The position numbers were made by a program, and so were the translations under genes. A stretch of DNA of 64,000 nucleotides, from contig LCQS01000001.1 in NCBI GenBank assembly GCA_001004265.1, positions 2,324 through 66,323 on the forward strand, read 5' to 3'. This DNA is from Parcubacteria group bacterium GW2011_GWA2_51_10. Lineage in GTDB: Bacteria > Patescibacteriota > Minisyncoccia > Phycocordibacterales > UBA2100. A model generated the notes under the pieces. The model ran no database searches. It was not told the origin of the DNA and saw only the letters and a list, made by a program, of their open reading frames with translations. Each line of letters begins with the position of its first letter. Position 1 is the first letter of the stretch. This document shows positions 17,183 to 28,400 of the stretch, piece by piece.

Positions 17183-17326
17183 TCAGAGAGCTGCTACCAC
17201 AAAAGCGGCGAACAGTGCCGCCACTGTTCCTTCTTTCAGCGACTGACGGGCTAGCCCGGTTTCCTGGTACGTCGCTATTCCCCACAGCGCTCCGGCGATT
17301 ATGCCGACAATCACTATCGTCGTCAT
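17183..17326 (-). CDS. 47-aa two-TM peptide encoded antisense inside the atp operon (hypothetical)
   Basis: Below the ORF-track size cut-off. AGGAGG 5 nt upstream of the ATG (17326). MTTIVIVGIIAGALWGIATYQETGLARQSLKEGTVAALFAAFVVAAL*. A downstream hairpin CGCGCCC/GGGCGCG (17137-17165) is followed on the minus strand by a T-rich run. Confidence 0.4.
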   Translation of the reverse strand: MTTIVIVGIIAGALWGIATYQETGLARQSLKEGTVAALFAAFVVAAL

Positions 17327-17454
17327 CGAGACCTCCTAGCAAAATGAAACGAGCTGTACTATGACATGAATAATCGAGGCCATCAAGGATCTTTGTCTGA
17401 AAAAACCATGCTAAAATTCTGCCATTGTTATCAAGATTATTAGTTATTCTTTTC

Positions 17455-17719
<265 letters not shown>

Positions 17720-17847
17720 TTATTGACGCATTAATTCGTTGGACTTCAGCTTCCGGCGCTCGTCGTATTATCAATACGCCTCGCTTGCAAGCTTCGTCCG
17801 CCTCGTACTGCACTCAAAATTAAACGAACGAAGCAAGAATTCGAGAA

Positions 17848-18294
17848 ATGGAACAACTTTTAACTGTATTCGGCGTCAATTGGAAACTCCTGCTCGCGCA
17901 GGGTTTTAACTTCGCGCTCCTCCTCATTGTTCTTACATATTTTCTCTACAAGCCAGTTCTCAAAATCATCGATGAGCGGCGCGAGAAAATCGCCCAGGGC
18001 GTGAAGACGGCCGAAGCGGCTGCACGGAAACTGGAAGAGGCGAAAAAAGAAAGCGATTCGATTATTGGCAGCGCGTCGCGTGAGGCGGAGGGGCTCGTTG
18101 CCGTCGCGCGCACGCGCGCGAACGAGCAGGGCGTCGAGATAATTCGCAGCGCGGAAAACAGAGCCGATTCGATTCTTGCGGACGCAAAGGCACGCGCGGA
18201 AGAAGAAAAACGTCAGGCGCTCTTTGAGAGCGAGAAGGAAATCACGCGCGCGGCGCTTCTTGCGGCTGAGAGAATATTGAAAACTAGTAAGTAG
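17848..18294 (+). CDS. atpF: F-type ATP synthase subunit b
   Basis: N-terminal TM followed by a long charged Ala/Glu/Arg-rich helix, in the expected operon position. The last four codons (ACT AGT AAG TAG) are repeat units. Confidence 0.8.
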   Translation: MEQLLTVFGVNWKLLLAQGFNFALLLIVLTYFLYKPVLKIIDERREKIAQGVKTAEAAARKLEEAKKESDSIIGSASREAEGLVAVARTRANEQGVEIIRSAENRADSILADAKARAEEEKRQALFESEKEITRAALLAAERILKTSK

Positions 18295-18323
18295 AAAGCA
18301 GTTAGTAGTACATAGAAAATTCC
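18284..18323 (+). repeat. Heptad-phased xTAG module between atpF and atpH
   Basis: CTAG at 18284, GTAG at 18291, GCAG at 18298, GTAG at 18305, ATAG at 18312. ATG at 18324. Confidence 0.8.
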
Positions 18324-18713
18324 ATGCCTGACTCATACGCAAAAGCACTCTGGGTAACGATTCAGCGCGGCGCTAAGTCAAAAGAAGCGGTCGAATCTAT
18401 ACGGCAGATTCTGGAGAGGGATGGCCGGATGGCGCTTCTGCCTCGCATAGTGCGCTCGCTCCAGCGCCACGCTGCGCGGGAAGGGCGTCGCGAAGGCGTA
18501 GTGCTTTCAGTTGCGCGGCAGGAGGATGCGCGACGAGCTCGTAGCGAAATCGGGGGCCTCCTCCCGGAAATGGGTATACGAAAAGATGAGGTTACAACTC
18601 AAATCGATGAACACCTTATTGGCGGATGGCGACTAGAAGGTCGGGATCGGCTCGCCGATGCGAGTTACAAGAAATATCTGCTGGACATGTATAATGCGGC
18701 CACAAAATCATAG
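18324..18713 (+). CDS. atpH: F-type ATP synthase subunit delta (short, 129 aa)
   Basis: Operon position, plus an OSCP C-terminal pattern ([22 protein letters not shown]). Confidence 0.7.
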   Translation: MPDSYAKALWVTIQRGAKSKEAVESIRQILERDGRMALLPRIVRSLQRHAAREGRREGVVLSVARQEDARRARSEIGGLLPEMGIRKDEVTTQIDEHLIGGWRLEGRDRLADASYKKYLLDMYNAATKS

Positions 18714-18715
18714 CT

Positions 18716-20290
18716 ATGGACTCGAGCGCTGTTGAAAAAATCATAAAGGAGATAGAAGGATACGCGCCGACTGTCGAGCATAGGCATATCGGGCGCGTCA
18801 CGTCAGTCGGCGATGGCGTGGTCGCGATCGATGGCCTTTCAAAAGCCGTCATGAGCGAGATTGTTGAATTTGAGGAAACGGGCAAACGCACTCTTTTGCG
18901 CGCGATGGAAGTGGAAGGGTCTCTATTTGGACTTGTTCTAAATCTTGAAGAGGACGGCGTTCGAGCGGTCATTCTGGGAGACACCGCGCGAGTCTACGAG
19001 GGAATGACAGTTAAATCGACGGGGCGAATACTTTCGGTGCCCGCGAGCGAGGAACTCCTCGGCCGCGTGGTGAATGCTCTTGGCGAGCCGATCGACGGTA
19101 AAAGCGCTTTTTCGAATACGACGATGATGCCCGTTGAGCGACAGGCGGCAGGCGTCATTGATCGCAAGCCCGTTTCTGTTCCGCTACAGACGGGAATCAA
19201 GGCGATAGACTCAATGATTCCGATCGGCCGCGGCCAGCGAGAGCTCATCATCGGCGATCGCGGCACCGGCAAAACGACTGTCGCAATCGACGCCATTATA
19301 AATCAGAAGAATGAGCCGAAAGGGAATCGTCCTGTCTGCATTTATGTCGCTATCGGCCAGAAGGAATCAAAGACCGCGCGCATAGTACAGCAGCTCCGCA
19401 ACGAAGGCGCGCTCGATTACACGATCATCGTAGACGCGCCTGCTTCCGCTCCTGCCGCGCTCCAATTTCTTGCCCCATATTCCGGAGTCGCCATCGGAGA
19501 GTATTTCATGGACCAGGGGAGGGACGTGCTTATTATTTATGACGATCTTTCCAAGCAAGCGGTGGCATACCGAGAACTATCATTACTTCTTCGCCGTCCG
19601 CCGGGACGCGAGGCATATCCGGGCGATATTTTCTATCTGCATTCGCGGCTTTTGGAGCGCGCTGCGCGGCTTTCAGACGAGAAGGGCGGCGGATCCATCA
19701 CCGCGCTTCCGATTATAGAGACACAGGAGGGCGATGTATCCGGCTATATCCCGACGAACGTCATCTCGATCACCGACGGCCAAATGTTCCTTATCACCGA
19801 TCTATTCAACAAGGGAATTCGTCCAGCGATTGACGTGGGCATATCGGTGTCGCGCGTCGGCTCAAATGCGCAAACAAAAGCAATGAAGGCCGTCGCGGGC
19901 GGCCTCAAGCTTGAGCTCGCGCAATTCCGAGAGTTGGAGGCCTTCATGCAATTCGCGCAGGATCTTGATAAGGCGACGGCCGATCGCATCGAATCCGGTA
20001 GGAGGATGGTGGAAGTCTTAAAGCAGAAAAACGGCGCGCCAATTCCAATAGAAAAGCAGATTGCAGTTCTGTATGCGGCAGGGCAGAAGTTTTTCTCTGA
20101 TGTAGCGGTCGCACAGGTGACAAGAGTTGAAGCGAGGCTCATTGAATTTCTCGACGGACAAATCTCGAAAACTCTCGCCGAAATTCGTAAAAGCGGCCAA
20201 CTTTCGGACGCGTCAAAAAAACAACTCGACAAGGCAATTGAAGAATTCCGGCTCGCGCACCCTGAACTCTTTTCACGGACGAAATTGTAA
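18716..20290 (+). CDS. atpA: F-type ATP synthase subunit alpha
   Basis: Walker A GDRGTGKT, and full-length conservation (e.g. [14 protein letters not shown]). Confidence 0.96.
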   Translation: MDSSAVEKIIKEIEGYAPTVEHRHIGRVTSVGDGVVAIDGLSKAVMSEIVEFEETGKRTLLRAMEVEGSLFGLVLNLEEDGVRAVILGDTARVYEGMTVKSTGRILSVPASEELLGRVVNALGEPIDGKSAFSNTTMMPVERQAAGVIDRKPVSVPLQTGIKAIDSMIPIGRGQRELIIGDRGTGKTTVAIDAIINQKNEPKGNRPVCIYVAIGQKESKTARIVQQLRNEGALDYTIIVDAPASAPAALQFLAPYSGVAIGEYFMDQGRDVLIIYDDLSKQAVAYRELSLLLRRPPGREAYPGDIFYLHSRLLERAARLSDEKGGGSITALPIIETQEGDVSGYIPTNVISITDGQMFLITDLFNKGIRPAIDVGISVSRVGSNAQTKAMKAVAGGLKLELAQFRELEAFMQFAQDLDKATADRIESGRRMVEVLKQKNGAPIPIEKQIAVLYAAGQKFFSDVAVAQVTRVEARLIEFLDGQISKTLAEIRKSGQLSDASKKQLDKAIEEFRLAHPELFSRTKL

Positions 20291-20309
20291 TTTTTCGACT
20301 GCGCTCAGG

Positions 20310-20356
20310 GTCTAAGATTTATTAATTTTGCTACGCTCAATAAGTAAATCTAAGAC
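20310..20356 (+). repeat. Imperfect inverted repeat whose 3' arm abuts the atpG start codon
   Basis: GTCTAAGATTTAT (20310-20322) pairs with the 13-nt arm 20344-20356 (GTAAATCTAAGAC) with one A:A mismatch and a terminal T:G wobble; if 20323 and 20343 are added the stem reaches 14 bp. ATG at 20357. Confidence 0.65.
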
Positions 20357-21274
20357 ATGGCCAATCTCAAAAGCATCAAGTCGAAGATTCTTTCCTACAA
20401 AAAAACGGGGACGGTGACGCACGCGATGGAAGCGGTGTCGGCCGTCAAAATGCGCAAGTCGCAAGAGCGCGCACTTTCGATGCGGCCATATGCGCGTGCG
20501 GCTTTGCGTATGCTCGGAAGCGTATCGGGAAGCATCGATGCGCTCCGCCATCCTCTCACGCAAGAGCGAACGGCGGGAAAAGTCGGAATCATCATCATCA
20601 CGAGCGACAAGGGGCTTGCGGGCTCACTCAATTCCGCCGTCATGAGGAAAACGGAGCAGTTTATTCTGGAAGCAAATCTCTCAAGCAACGAGCTCGCGTT
20701 CTTTTGTCTCGGGAAGCGCGGGTATGAATTCGCGCTCCGTCGCGGGTTTGAAGTCATGCATCAGCACACGAACATATCGGATGGCATAGACGAGATAGAG
20801 TTCCACAAGATAACAGACAAAGTTATCGAGCTACAGATGAGTGGAGCTCTGCGCGAGGTGCGCGTCGCATACACTGATTTTCGCTCCACATTCGAGCAGC
20901 AGGCCGCGATGCACAAGATTTTACCGCTTTCGCAAAAAATTATGGAGTATATCGTGAAAGAAATCCCACCTGATAGGGGAAAGTACGCAGAAATGGCGGA
21001 GGAAATCAACGGTGTCCAGAGCTATACAATAGAGCCGGAGCCAGAAGCGGTTCTCGCGGCGCTCCTCCCGAAGCTTGTTAACGTCGCCATTTTTCATAAG
21101 CTCCTCGAGTCGAAGGCGTCGGAACATTCGGCACGCATGGTCGCGATGAAGAATGCCACCGACAAGGCAAGAGAGATGACGCAAAGTCTCACGCGCACGT
21201 TCAACAAAGTTCGGCAGGCAGCGATTACACGCGAGGTATCAGAGATTACAAGCGGAATCGAAGCGATGCGTTAA
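20357..21274 (+). CDS. atpG: F-type ATP synthase subunit gamma
   Basis: N-terminal I.SIK.T.KIT.AM-like helix (IKSKILSYKKTGTVTHAMEAVSAVKM) and C-terminal helix (ARMVAMKNATDKA...ITREVSEI). Confidence 0.9.
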   Translation: MANLKSIKSKILSYKKTGTVTHAMEAVSAVKMRKSQERALSMRPYARAALRMLGSVSGSIDALRHPLTQERTAGKVGIIIITSDKGLAGSLNSAVMRKTEQFILEANLSSNELAFFCLGKRGYEFALRRGFEVMHQHTNISDGIDEIEFHKITDKVIELQMSGALREVRVAYTDFRSTFEQQAAMHKILPLSQKIMEYIVKEIPPDRGKYAEMAEEINGVQSYTIEPEPEAVLAALLPKLVNVAIFHKLLESKASEHSARMVAMKNATDKAREMTQSLTRTFNKVRQAAITREVSEITSGIEAMR

Positions 21275-21275
21275 T

Positions 21276-23136
<1,861 letters not shown>

Positions 23137-23138
<2 letters not shown>

Positions 23139-23379
23139 GGCGACCTTCCATCTCACCATCTCCTCCGTCGGGCAGACGCACTTTGATGGTGAAGCGCGCT
23201 CCGCAACATTCCCGGGAGCCGACGGAGAATTTACGATTCTTCCTAAGCACGAGCCGTTCATCTCGACCCTCAGCTCCGGTACGATCATTGTACGACCCGA
23301 AAATGGCGAGACGCAGGAGTTTTCAAATGACAACGGCGTTTTGGAGTGCTCGTCAAACAAAGTAGTAGTTTTGCTCTAG
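23137..23379 (+). CDS. atpC: F-type ATP synthase subunit epsilon, beta-sandwich domain only (80 aa)
   Basis: The N-terminal domain pattern (..P...G..GILP.H.P.I..L..G...V) is present. The ORF ends where the C-terminal helical hairpin would begin. Confidence 0.8.
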
Positions 23380-23423
23380 CGAATAGTTCGTGATAATTAG
23401 AGAGGCTAAATATAAGTATTTGA

Positions 23424-23452
23424 CTACTAACTACTTTCTACTAGCTAAGGAA
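23424..23452 (+). repeat. Heptad-phased CTAC module upstream of the RNHCP gene
   Basis: CTAC at 23424, 23431 and 23438, and CTAA at 23445, followed by the AAGGA SD and the ATG at 23453. Confidence 0.75.
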
Positions 23453-23752
23453 ATGAAAAGATTTCAGAGAAGAATCGAAGATTTTGTATGTGCGCATTGT
23501 GGTGTCAAAGTCGTCGGCGATGGGTATACCAATCATTGCCCGCAATGTCTGTGGAGCAAGCACGTTGATATCAACCCGGGTGATCGCGCCGCGACGTGCG
23601 GTGGCCTCATGGAGCCGATTCGTGTCGACGGAGGGTCCGGCGAATACAGACTTGTGCATCTTTGCCATGACTGCGGGATAGAGAGGCGGAATAAGATGGA
23701 GAAAGGGGACGATATCAACGCACTCATTACGCTCGCAGCCGAGCAGGGGTAA
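23453..23752 (+). CDS. RNHCP-domain zinc-ribbon protein
   Basis: FVCAHCG...YTNHCPQCLWSKHVD...HLCHDCG. The start is reassigned to the Met preceded by AAGGA, because the ORF-track start at 23390 reads through the repeat. Confidence 0.65.
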   Translation: MKRFQRRIEDFVCAHCGVKVVGDGYTNHCPQCLWSKHVDINPGDRAATCGGLMEPIRVDGGSGEYRLVHLCHDCGIERRNKMEKGDDINALITLAAEQG

Positions 23753-23801
23753 TCACCGCGCACTGCTTGCAGGGGCAGGCGATACGTGGCATCGTCAAGG
23801 C

Positions 23802-24359
23802 ATGGCCGGCGGTGGAGAAGACGGCGGGCATGCCCCCGGAGGGCCTCCGTGGCCGTCCGTATCTCACTATTACGGCGACTTCGTAAGGCAATTGCTTGTC
23901 GGCGCGGCTGCGCTCATTGTTATTGGTGCGCCTTTCTATGCCGATTCACTACGCGCAGAGCTGCCATTTGAAGTCGTAGGCGCGCTTATTCTCGTGGCAC
24001 TCGCGGCAGTTACTAATCCGTGGAATCGGAATGTCATTGTTGCGGACGCCATTGCAAGCGGAGTCGGGATGGCAGTATTCCAAACATGGGCGCTCTCCGG
24101 TTATGACGCTGCAGGGCCTATAGCATTCGTCTTGCGCCAAGCACTCGCAATTTTGTTCTTGGTTGCGTTTTATTTCAGCGTGAAGACGTTGCGTGCGATG
24201 ATTCTGCGCCAGATCGGAAAAAAGGACAGACCCGATGAGTTCCAGGAGTCGGAACGTCAAAGAAAAATAGACATTCTCTCGCATTTTTATAAGGAGGATA
24301 AGAGCGAAAAATCACGGAGAAAAAAGGAAATTCATCCCATAGACAAGGAGGGTGATTAA
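23802..24359 (+). CDS. Hypothetical membrane protein (4 TM, Lys/Glu-rich tail)
   Basis: Hydrophobic segments LLVGAAALIVIGAPFY, VVGALILVALAAV, IASGVGMAVFQTWAL, ALAILFLVAFYF. No family recognised. Confidence 0.45.
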   Translation: MAGGGEDGGHAPGGPPWPSVSHYYGDFVRQLLVGAAALIVIGAPFYADSLRAELPFEVVGALILVALAAVTNPWNRNVIVADAIASGVGMAVFQTWALSGYDAAGPIAFVLRQALAILFLVAFYFSVKTLRAMILRQIGKKDRPDEFQESERQRKIDILSHFYKEDKSEKSRRKKEIHPIDKEGD

Positions 24360-24422
24360 GGAGCAGTTTGTGGTTAGCGGTTCTTAGTTATTAGTAAACG
24401 CCCGCAGCATCACGCATGCACT

Positions 24423-25046
24423 ATGAAATTCCATGACGCTGTGCTGACAAAAAAGAACAGACCGAAAGTGCACCGGCGCCGGTGGGGCGTCACCCTCGGG
24501 GAAGCTCGCCGCGTGTTCGTAGGCATACGTGTCGAGGGCGATGCCGCAGACACGATCGCGACACTTCAGGAAGGTCTTCCGTCGATTCCAATGCGCGTTA
24601 TTCCGAAGCGCGATTTGCATCTTACGCTCGTGCCCCCGTGGCTCGAAAGAGATATTCCTAGCGCTTCGAAGCGCCTACGCGATGCGATCGAGCGGCCGTT
24701 CGCGTTTCCACTGAAATTTAAGTACCTCGAATATGGCCCGAGCTCCGATGCGCCGTTTCTTATCTGGATAACATGCGATGCATCAAAGAAACTCCTTGAA
24801 CTGAAGAAGCGGCTTCTTAAAGCACTCGGCAAAAAAGAAGAAGTTCCATTCATTCCTCACGTGACGGTCGCGCGTCTACGCGGTTCCTTCGCTAATTCAT
24901 TCAAGAATCATCATCTTGGCAAACGTGTTCCGCTCACGATGACAGTTAATGCGCTCGAGCTTCTTGGAAGCCCGCATCGAGGCGGAATTGGCTACGAAAC
25001 TCTAGAGAAAATTTCTTTGCACCGCGAGGAAGAAACGCCTCGATAA
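24423..25046 (+). CDS. thpR: 2H-phosphoesterase (RNA 2',3'-cyclic phosphodiesterase / LigT-like)
   Basis: Two HxTx motifs: HLTL and HVTV. Confidence 0.75.
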   Translation: MKFHDAVLTKKNRPKVHRRRWGVTLGEARRVFVGIRVEGDAADTIATLQEGLPSIPMRVIPKRDLHLTLVPPWLERDIPSASKRLRDAIERPFAFPLKFKYLEYGPSSDAPFLIWITCDASKKLLELKKRLLKALGKKEEVPFIPHVTVARLRGSFANSFKNHHLGKRVPLTMTVNALELLGSPHRGGIGYETLEKISLHREEETPR

Positions 25047-25051
25047 ACTGT

Positions 25052-25074
25052 TGTCCAAGGACTCTCCTTGGACA
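25052..25074 (+). terminator. Stem-loop after the thpR-like gene
   Basis: TGTCCAAGGA (25052-25061) pairs with TCCTTGGACA (25065-25074), followed by TACTTT. Confidence 0.6.
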
Positions 25075-25325
25075 TACTTTAGCTACGCTGGGTAGACATT
25101 TTCTGGTACGATGGCTCGATTATGGGTTTGTCTACCGGCATAGAGTGAATCTGCCCCAACATATAACCTCAAGCGTGATATCGTTCGTCCTCATCATCAA
25201 GCTCCCATCACTGCAAAGAAAGGGAGTAGACTATGGTTTTTTGCCCGGTTAGAATGTGCCCCCGAAAGGAAAGCGAAGCTAGGTAATCTAGATATTTTTC
25301 TGCAGCGGTGCAGCTTCGGCACGTG

Positions 25326-25355
25326 TTGACAAGATTGATTAAGAAGGCATATAGT
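25326..25355 (+). promoter_or_regulatory. Sigma-70-type promoter for the giant subtilase gene
   Basis: TTGACA (25326-25331), 18-nt spacer, TATAGT (25350-25355). It lies about 70 nt upstream of the ATG at 25424. Confidence 0.6.
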
Positions 25356-25423
25356 GCGCATCGGTTTGGCAAATTTGCCCATTTATCGCTCAGCCTGGAT
25401 TTATTCATCGGTCGCTACATTAC

Positions 25424-28400
25424 ATGAGAAAAACATTCAGAGGATTGGCGGTTGTTATCGCAATGTCGATGTTTGCGCAGCCCGTGTTCGCCATCACGGT
25501 GTCAGATATACCCGCGGCTCTCACGAAGCAGAACAAAGTGCACAAAAGTGAGATATCCTCAACTCCTGCTTCATTCTCCAAGCAAGCATTGAAATCAAAC
25601 ACGCAGAAAGACCTGGCTGTATCGACGCTCACGGCACAAACATCTGACAAAGTGCACCCGGCCTACGTAGAGGGCGAGATCATTGTGAAGTTCAGAGAAA
25701 ATCGTGTCGACCTCAAGAAAGCAGCAGGCGTTTCGCGGTCAACCCAGTTCGCCACGCGGCAAAATCTATCTTTTAAAGAGAATATCCGCCGTGCGAACCT
25801 TACAGTGCTCAAGACGAAGGGGAAGGAAACAACTGATCAGGCTATCGCACGTCTAAAAAACGATCCAGACGTGGAATATGTACAGCCGAATTATCAGTAT
25901 TATCGTCTTGCGGAAGGAGGCGGCGGCTCTATAAATGATGCATCTTACGGAGAGCAGTGGGCACTCGAAAACATAGGACAGACAGTCAACGGCGCAGCCG
26001 GGACAAATGACGCTGATATTGACGCAAACGAATCATGGGATATTACGGATGGAGAGGATGTAATCGTTGCCATAATTGATAGCGGAGTGGCGTATAACCA
26101 TCCAGACCTATTGCAGAATATGTGGGATGGCGACGAGTGCGTTGATGAAAACGGATCAGTACTTGACGAATGCAATCATGGATATGATTTTGAAGACGAC
26201 GATAAAACGCCACTGCCTACCTCGAGCAGCCACGGCACGCATATCGCAGGTATCATAGCGGCGCGAAAAAATAACAGTGTCGGAATTGTCGGAGTTGCGC
26301 CCAGTGCAAAAATCATGGCCCTAAAGTCTTCGTTAACAACCGCGCAGAACGTCGCGGCGATAAATTTTGCAAAACAGAATGGAGCAAAAGCGATAAATGC
26401 AAGTTGGGCATGTTGGGGAGATGGTGGTACGGACCCTGCCACGGCTTGCGCCACATTTGAGGAACTTGACTACCGTGATCAAGCGCTTACAGATGCTATC
26501 GCTGGTTTTCCGGGTTTGTTTATCGCTGCCGCAGGCAATGGTGGCGGCGACGCCGATTTAGATGGTGACAACCACGATTCCGGACAAACTCTTCATGCGT
26601 ATCCGTGCGATCTGACGCTTCCCAATATCATCTGTGTGGCAGCTACGGATCAGGATGATGTCATGGCCTTTTTCTCTGATTTCGGGACCGTGTCCATCGA
26701 CCTTGGCGCGCCGGGGGTGAATATTCTGAGTACTATCGCGGATTCGACCGTGATGACAGAGAATTTCAACAGCGTTACGACACCGAGTCTGCCAAGCGGA
26801 TGGGAAAAAACCGGTGATTGGGGAACACATGACTTTTCTGGCAACAAGGTCCTTTATTCCGACCTTGCCGTACCGTATGCAAATAATGCAAACAGTGTTG
26901 CTACAAGTCCGAGTATTGATCTCGCGGGAGCGGCGAGTGCAATGGTCAGTTTCGTAACCCAGTGTGATACGCAATACTCGCCCACGGAGTGGACGGATTA
27001 CATGCAGTTGAAATACAGCGGTGACGGCGTTAATTTCGTCCCGGTACCAGTGGTACTTGGCGAATCGAGATGGGATGAATCGCTCCTGGACTTGCTCAAC
27101 GGCGACTCTGACCCCTCCGGTGGAGCCCTCTTTATTTTCTCTGAAGTGCAGCTCCCAGGGCCGTTCAGTGCAAGCTCGAAGCTGCAGTTTGGCTGGATAA
27201 CGAATGGCTCTGATAATGATTATGACGCATGCTTTATAGATGATCTTGTCGTCACTAAGATCTCCGACGGTTCGGATGGACTTTACGACTATAAATCTGG
27301 CACCTCTATGGCAACGCCGCACGTCGCGGGTGTTGCCGCGCAGGTGTATGCGCTGCGACCAGACTTCACTACCGCGCAAGTAAAAGATGTAATTCTTGCT
27401 AGCGGTGATGCTAACGCGTCGCTTGTCGGAAAGACGGTGATGGGCAAGCGTCTGAACGCCTTCGCCGCGCTTGATACTTCAAACAATAGCACGCTTATCG
27501 TGAAGAAAGTCGTTGTGAACGACGACGGTGGCACTGCCGCGACCAGCACCTTCGCTTTCAAGGTGAACCATGGTGACAGTCAGTCGTTCGAAGAAGATGG
27601 ACAGAACGAGCTCACACTTGATGCCGGCACATACACGGTCACTGAAGTCGAGGCTACGGGCTACACGCCTACGTATCTCGACTGTACAGATATTGTGCTC
27701 GCATCTGGGGAGACGAAGACCTGCACCATTACCAACGATGACGTAGAGGTTCCCGACACCACGCCGCCGGTAATAAATCTCACAGGCGAGACGACTATCG
27801 ATCTCATTGTCGGCGCAGAATTCAGTGACCCAGGATTCGAAGCAATCGATGACGTTGACGGCGATATCTCGGCGAATGTCGCGAAAGGTGGCGATACTGT
27901 CGACACAGCCACACCAGGCACATACGTCATCACATACAACGTTTCAGACTCTGCAGGAAATGCCGCGGAAGAAAAAATCCGTACCGTGAATGTCTCGGAC
28001 GTTGAAGCTCCGACGTTCAGCGGTGTGCCGGAGAATCAGAATGTAGAAGCAACGTCTGCGGCAGGTGCTGTTGTGACCTACACATTTCCCACAGCGACCG
28101 ACGACGTAGACGAAAGCGTAACAGTAACGTGTGCGCCCGAAAGCGGAACAACGTTCGCGATGGGCACGACGGTCGTCGAGTGCTCTGCCTCCGATAGCGC
28201 GGGCAACGACGCATCGATGTCATTCAATGTTGTCGTCGCTGACACGACAGACCCGGAGATATCGAATATGCCAGAAAATCAGACGATAGAGATAACCGAG
28301 GGCGATAGCTCAACCGCATCTTACTCTTCGCCGACGGCAACAGATAACATCGATGGCTCGGTAAGCGTTTCGTGCTCGCCAGAATCAGGAGCGACCTTTG

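Noticed and set aside
26558-27379. 273-aa ORF antisense to the subtilase gene, plus many other ORFs of 60-180 aa inside 25424-30718
   Set aside because: They are shadow frames of a long repeat-rich coding region. The plus frame carries the S8 triad and the repeated domains.
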